DNA of 64,000 nucleotides from Acidobacteriota bacterium (GTDB lineage Bacteria; Acidobacteriota; Thermoanaerobaculia; Gp7-AA8): NCBI GenBank assembly GCA_019247495.1, contig JAFAOU010000018.1, positions 1,518 to 65,517 of the forward strand, read 5' to 3'. Shown piece by piece: positions 62,200 to 64,000 of this stretch (position 1 is its first letter; each line of letters starts with the position of its first letter). The notes under the pieces were generated by a model. It saw only the letters and a program-made list of their open reading frames with translations, ran no database searches and was not told where the DNA came from. The position numbers and the translations under genes were made by a program.

Positions 62200-63189
62200 A
62201 TGAGAAGAATGGCCCTGATTTTCTCGCTGCTCGCCCTCTCGCTGCCCTTTTCGCTGCCTATGTACGCGCGCAAGGTTCCGCGCTCGCAGATGACCGTAGG
62301 CAATCCCGCTGCGCTGACCATCACCGCCGTCGATGACGCGCTGCCGGCTCGTCTGCTCGCACAGTGGAAAGCGCGAGGTGTGGCGCGGCGCGCAGCGCAC
62401 GCAAGCGGAGTCCACGCGTCGGCCATCGCCGACTCCGTCTCCGCCCGGGCCTTCATCATTCCGGCGGCCGGCAGTCTTGCGGCCGGCGGCGGCGCGCTCT
62501 TCTTCCGCTCCGACGTCACCCTCGTCAACTATCGCAATACGCCGCAGCAGGTGCTGGCCGGCTTCTGGGCACAAGGGTCGACAAATACCATTGACCCTGC
62601 GAATTTCAAGACCATCACGCTGCCGCCCGGTCAGTTCGTCACCGTTCAGGATTTCGTCGCCACCGCCCTCGGCAAATCCGGGCTGGGAACGCTCATCTTC
62701 ATCCCGTACACCGGCACCGATTTCGACCCCAACGGCGCCATCGACGGCTTCTCGCGCATCTACACAAAGCAACCCGGGTCGACCGGAACCGTGTCGCAGC
62801 CGTTCGATGCCGTCGATCCCGACACGCAATCCCTCCAGTACGTCGACGAGGCGATCGCTCTCGGCCTTCGTCAGGACACCGACTTCCGCACGAACTTCGG
62901 CATCGTGAACGTCGATGGGTCCGACCACGTCTATAAGGTGAGCTTCGTCGGCGAAAAACTGCAGACCACTGTGACCGTGACGGTCAAAGCCTACGGGATG
63001 ATCCAGCAGGCGATCCCCGCCGGCGATTACGGCGCGGTATCGATCCTCTTTCAATTGACCGACGCCGGAAACAACTTCGTGAGCTGGGTCGGCTACGCCA
63101 GCAGCACCGACAACATCACCGGCGACGGCTGGGTCTCACTGGCTTCCGCGGATCTGTCGCCGAGCGAACTAGATGTGATCGGGTATTGA
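62200..63189 (+). CDS. secreted hypothetical protein
   Basis: Signal peptide; IIPAAGSLAAGGG..FFRSDVTLVN and FRTNFGIVN beta-rich motifs. Confidence 0.75.
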   Translation: MRRMALIFSLLALSLPFSLPMYARKVPRSQMTVGNPAALTITAVDDALPARLLAQWKARGVARRAAHASGVHASAIADSVSARAFIIPAAGSLAAGGGALFFRSDVTLVNYRNTPQQVLAGFWAQGSTNTIDPANFKTITLPPGQFVTVQDFVATALGKSGLGTLIFIPYTGTDFDPNGAIDGFSRIYTKQPGSTGTVSQPFDAVDPDTQSLQYVDEAIALGLRQDTDFRTNFGIVNVDGSDHVYKVSFVGEKLQTTVTVTVKAYGMIQQAIPAGDYGAVSILFQLTDAGNNFVSWVGYASSTDNITGDGWVSLASADLSPSELDVIGY

Positions 63190-63193
63190 ACCG

Positions 63194-63290
63194 CAGTAGA
63201 TTAGTGGACTAGTAGGTTAGTAGATCAGAGGTGTTCGCCATCGTCCTCCTTCCTAATCTACTGATCCACTAGTCCACGAATCTACTAACC
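63194..63290. repeat. TAGT(A/G)GA(T/C) octamer tandem hairpin
   Basis: cagtagattagtggactagtaggttagtagatcag ... ctaatctactgatccactagtccacgaatctactaac; same family as 1141-1405. Confidence 0.8.
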
Positions 63291-63294
63291 AACA

Positions 63295-64000
63295 ATGCTC
63301 ACTTCACAAGCGCAGATCGACGAGAACGCTTCGGCGGAACTCATGCAGCTGGATGCCGATCATCCCGGCTTTCATGACCCCGTCTATCGTCGCCGGCGCA
63401 ATGAAATCGCGCGCGCGGCGCTCAACTACCGCGAGGGCGAGCCGGTTCCTTCGATCGGGTACACAGAGCAGGAGCACGACGTGTGGGCCGAGGTCTGGCG
63501 GCACCTGGATCCATTGCACGATCGGTATGCATGTCGCGCGTATCGCGAGGCCGGCGAGCGCATCGCGCTGTCGCGGGAACGGATTCCGCAGCTCACCGAC
63601 GTCAATGCCACCATCCAGCCGCTCTTCGGATTTCGCATGACGCCCGTGGCCGGACTCGTCGCGGCGAAGTCGTTCCTCTCGCAACTCGGACGCGACACGT
63701 TTCTCTCGACGCAGTACATGCGTCATCACAGCGTCCCGCTCTACACGCCCGAGCCGGATGTCGTGCATGAACTGATCGGACACGCCGCCACCTTCGCCGA
63801 TCCGACCTTCGTCGCGCTCAATCGCGCGTTCGGCGAAGCGGCGTTGCGGGCGCACGACGATCCCGAAACGATCGAGCGCATCGGTCGGCTCTACTGGTAC
63901 ACGCTCGAATTCGGCGTCGTGCGCGAAGGAGGACGTCTCCGCGTGTACGGCGCGGGACTGCTCTCCTCGTTCGGCGAGCTTGGCCGCTTCGAAAATGAAG
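63295..64000 (+). CDS. phhA: phenylalanine 4-monooxygenase (3' truncated by window end)
   Basis: Hand translation: LDADHPGFHDPVYRRRR, TQYMRH, YTPEPDVVHELIGH, LYWYTLEFG, YGAGLLSSFGE; absent from the ORF track because it has no stop. Confidence 0.9.
   Translation, partial: MLTSQAQIDENASAELMQLDADHPGFHDPVYRRRRNEIARAALNYREGEPVPSIGYTEQEHDVWAEVWRHLDPLHDRYACRAYREAGERIALSRERIPQLTDVNATIQPLFGFRMTPVAGLVAAKSFLSQLGRDTFLSTQYMRHHSVPLYTPEPDVVHELIGHAATFADPTFVALNRAFGEAALRAHDDPETIERIGRLYWYTLEFGVVREGGRLRVYGAGLLSSFGELGRFENE

Noticed and set aside
1-64000. tRNA, rRNA, CRISPR arrays, frameshifted pseudogenes
   Set aside because: None recognised; all identified genes appear intact apart from phhA, which is cut by the window edge. 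A tRNAscan/Rfam run would be needed to exclude small RNAs.

Overview
High-GC bacterial chromosomal window, probably an Acidobacteriota (Thermoanaerobaculia-like) organism; this is inferred from gene content only. In order it holds: (1) a DAP/lysine operon asd-lysC-dapB-dapA-dapD-aminotransferase, extended by a serine hydrolase and an M15-like peptidase; (2) housekeeping genes (amidase, comEC, TRAM RNA methyltransferase, coaE, folD) and three tandem Thr-rich small lipoproteins; (3) a chemosensory cluster with no MCP in the window (cheA, ExeA-like ATPase, cheW, Zn-ribbon pseudo-receiver, HEAT protein, cheR, cheB ... GAF, cheY); (4) a ~13.6 kb block of ten minus-strand genes lying between cheB and GAF-cheY; (5) a Rieske/b6-like complex with an octaheme cytochrome, a cupredoxin lipoprotein and a heme-copper oxidase operon; (6) ilvE, radC, two PPIases and a truncated phenylalanine hydroxylase. 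The minus-strand block is the best candidate for an undescribed system. It encodes a SLATT/DUF4231 protein, a multi-TIR protein, an nSTAND1-TM-coiled-coil-WD40 protein and a TPR-capped TonB-dependent receptor, followed by an NHLP-precursor/YcaO/SagB/amidohydrolase RiPP cluster and a toxin-first PIN-Phd pair. Many short palindromic and tandem-heptamer hairpin repeats occur, several of them in frame inside genes. No rRNA, tRNA, CRISPR array, integrase or transposase was recognised. All domain calls come from motif recognition by eye; no searches were run.
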